A DNA stretch of 61,960 bases, filler included, from Bdellovibrionota bacterium (GTDB taxonomy: Bacteria > Bdellovibrionota > Bdellovibrionia > Bdellovibrionales > JAEYZS01), in the NCBI GenBank assembly GCA_963169515.1. It is 3 parts of 3 records of this genome, joined end to end, with 100 filler letters (N's around TTAATTAATTAA, not from the genome) between each part and the next. Parts side by side here need not be neighbours in the genome. Positions count along the whole stretch, not along the records: positions 39,053 to 61,960 come from CAUJEF010000095.1; 2 more parts are not named here. One strand, written 5' to 3'. The notes beneath the pieces were generated by a model that was not told the DNA's origin, ran no database searches, and saw only the letters and a list, made by a program, of their open reading frames with translations. Shown here in pieces: positions 60,076-61,960 of this stretch; position 1 is the stretch's first letter; every line of letters begins with the position of its first letter. The position numbers and the translations under genes were made by a program.

Positions 60076-60905
60076 CTAAACCTCGAGTAAAAGTCTTCGA
60101 TCACGGGCTTTGTTTTGGATTCTTCGACGGGGACAAGTTTTTGCGCTAAATTACTTATATAAGATGTATTAAAGACCTCGTCCTTAAGCGTAACCGAATC
60201 TATACGCAACAGCTCGATCTGCACAGAATTTTTCCCCCAGGTTACGCGGCGAGATTTTGGAAATGATAGGCCGTGTGAAAACTCAGCAATATCATCAGCG
60301 GTGATGTCCGCTAGAGAGGCCAGACGCAGGCGACGAATGGAAAACTTATCTTGTTCGATCCAAATTGCAGGCTCTGTGCCCGTTGGGGCAAGGTCATCCG
60401 TCTCGGCAAAGACATAATTTACAACGCCACGATTGCGTGACAAATGGACATAGTTTTCTGAGGTGTGCTTTACGTCTTTAAGTGTCCGTGGTTTGGGCTG
60501 GACACGAGCGCTTTTCCCGGGAAGAATTTTTTTACTAATCAGATCTTTTTTCAGCGCTCCGGAATCTCGCGCCAAGAACAAAGGCTCAAAAAAGTCTGTG
60601 GGTAAACTGGAGGACTGGACCTGCTTATTATCGTCCACGAAGTAGCGGCGCCCATTTTTGTAGAGAAAATATTTTGTGAAGGATTTTCCGCGCACCTCCA
60701 CGAAATAATTGTGGCTATCTTTTACAAACCAAGTTTCTTTTGCAATAGAGCTTTGATTGTCAGATTGAAATAAAAGTTCTTGTATAATTTTATAAGACCC
60801 TTTTCCCCCGCGCTGAGCCACTCGGCCAAGAATGAAATCGGCAGAGGGAATGTATGCGAGGGCTTCAAAGGACACGATAAAAACAAGAGAAAAAATTTTC
60901 AGCAT
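60072..60905 (-). CDS. Hypothetical exported protein (possibly LolA-like beta fold)
   Basis: Signal peptide (ALA), beta-rich, IWIEQDKFSIRRL, FPKSRRV. Confidence 0.6.
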   Translation of the reverse strand: MLKIFSLVFIVSFEALAYIPSADFILGRVAQRGGKGSYKIIQELLFQSDNQSSIAKETWFVKDSHNYFVEVRGKSFTKYFLYKNGRRYFVDDNKQVQSSSLPTDFFEPLFLARDSGALKKDLISKKILPGKSARVQPKPRTLKDVKHTSENYVHLSRNRGVVNYVFAETDDLAPTGTEPAIWIEQDKFSIRRLRLASLADITADDIAEFSHGLSFPKSRRVTWGKNSVQIELLRIDSVTLKDEVFNTSYISNLAQKLVPVEESKTKPVIEDFYSRFR

Positions 60906-61778
60906 CTAGAGTTCCTTGGCCAAAGTTTTTAAATATATTTTAAGGTCGGCCCCAATCTCTGGGTGTTTTAGGCCAAATTCAATGTTGGCTTTTAAATAGC
61001 CGAGCTTGTCTCCAGCATCATATCGATCAGCCTTAAGCGTTAGGCCATGAAGCCCCCGAGATTTTGCAAGCGCGGTCATTCCATCGGTCAGTTGGATTTC
61101 ACCATTTTTTCCAGGTGTAGTTTTTGACAAATGCTGAAAAATTTCTCCATCGAAAACGTAGCGACCCGGAAGGGCGAGCGTGCTTGGAGCCTTGCTTTCC
61201 AGGGGCTTTTCTACAACGTCTGAAATTTCAAATAGATCTTCTGATGTTTTTTTGGCACTGACAATGCCGTATTTGACAACGTCTTTTTTGGGGACGTTCA
61301 TCAGGGCGACCGTTGAAATTTTAGATTTTTCAAAAGCAGAACATAACTCTTCGGTAACAGTGGGTCTGCCGAGCATAATTTCATCGCCCAACAAAACCGC
61401 AAAAGGTTCATTGCCGATGATCGGGCGACCCGTATAAACCGCATGACCCAACCCAAGAGCTTCCTGCTGTCGGATGCTAATAATGTTTGCCATACCCCGG
61501 AGTTTTTTGATTTTCTCTAAAAGATCAGTCTTGCCTTGCTTTTCTAGTGTGTCTTCGACCTCATAAGATTTGTCGAAAAAGTCTTCGATGGAATATTTGC
61601 CGCGACCGGTGATGAGTACAATGTCTTCAATGCCTGCCGCCACAGCTTCTTCAATGACATATAAAATAATTGGTTTATCGACGATAGGTAACATTTCTTT
61701 TGGGATGGACTTTGTCGCAGGTAAAAAGCGTGTGCCTAAACCGGCGGCCGGAATTATTGCTTTGCGCACTTTTTTCAT
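60906..61778 (-). CDS. galU: UTP--glucose-1-phosphate uridylyltransferase
   Basis: KAIIPAAGLGTRFLPATKSIPKEMLP, GLGHAV, VEKP, EIQLTD. ATG at 61778. Confidence 0.97.
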   Translation of the reverse strand: MKKVRKAIIPAAGLGTRFLPATKSIPKEMLPIVDKPIILYVIEEAVAAGIEDIVLITGRGKYSIEDFFDKSYEVEDTLEKQGKTDLLEKIKKLRGMANIISIRQQEALGLGHAVYTGRPIIGNEPFAVLLGDEIMLGRPTVTEELCSAFEKSKISTVALMNVPKKDVVKYGIVSAKKTSEDLFEISDVVEKPLESKAPSTLALPGRYVFDGEIFQHLSKTTPGKNGEIQLTDGMTALAKSRGLHGLTLKADRYDAGDKLGYLKANIEFGLKHPEIGADLKIYLKTLAKEL

Positions 61779-61960
61779 TAGTTTAGAGGAACATACATTG
61801 TGTTTTATTGCAATCATGTACGGGCTGGGAACGTCCAAAAACGTCCCTCTGGATGCAATTAATTCAAGGCAGGGGAAGCGTAACGAATACAGGATCGTCT
61901 AGAGTCTTGGCACTAAGATTGTAGTTACAGTGCAACGGAGGATGGTCGTGAAATTAAAAT

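Overview
The window is three contigs joined by artificial 100-bp spacers (N44-TTAATTAATTAA-N44 at 28528-28627 and 38953-39052), so gene adjacency across those points is not biological. Gene content and protein style suggest a Bdellovibrionota-like bacterium (inference). The clues are FQNC lipoproteins, a 982-aa PutA, an A2-type caa3 oxidase, the absence of dxr from the rpsB-rseP cluster, and many sigma28-like promoters. Contig 1 carries hemY (partial), an M17 aminopeptidase, secA, trmL, a GcvH-like protein lacking the lipoyl lysine, prkA-DUF444-spoVR, a TPR lipoprotein plus LolB-like gene, a PhaR-like regulator, an accessory patch (OM barrel, secreted alpha/beta hydrolase, small secreted repeat peptide with a divergent HTH regulator) and the caa3 oxidase operon. 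Contig 2 carries putA, an RDD/rhomboid pair and a Fis-like regulator with a structured leader, and ends in a 39-bp inverted repeat. Contig 3 carries a partial ast operon, mltG, rluD-pgeF, tsaB, the rpsB-tsf-pyrH-frr-uppS-cdsA-rseP cluster, priA and galU. I saw no rRNA, tRNA, CRISPR array or transposase. The best candidate for an undescribed system is a 68-aa secreted precursor with two GGVEK[A/R]P copies. It has its own sigma28-like promoter, RBS and terminator and sits head-to-head with an XRE-type HTH regulator, which suggests a peptide signalling cassette.
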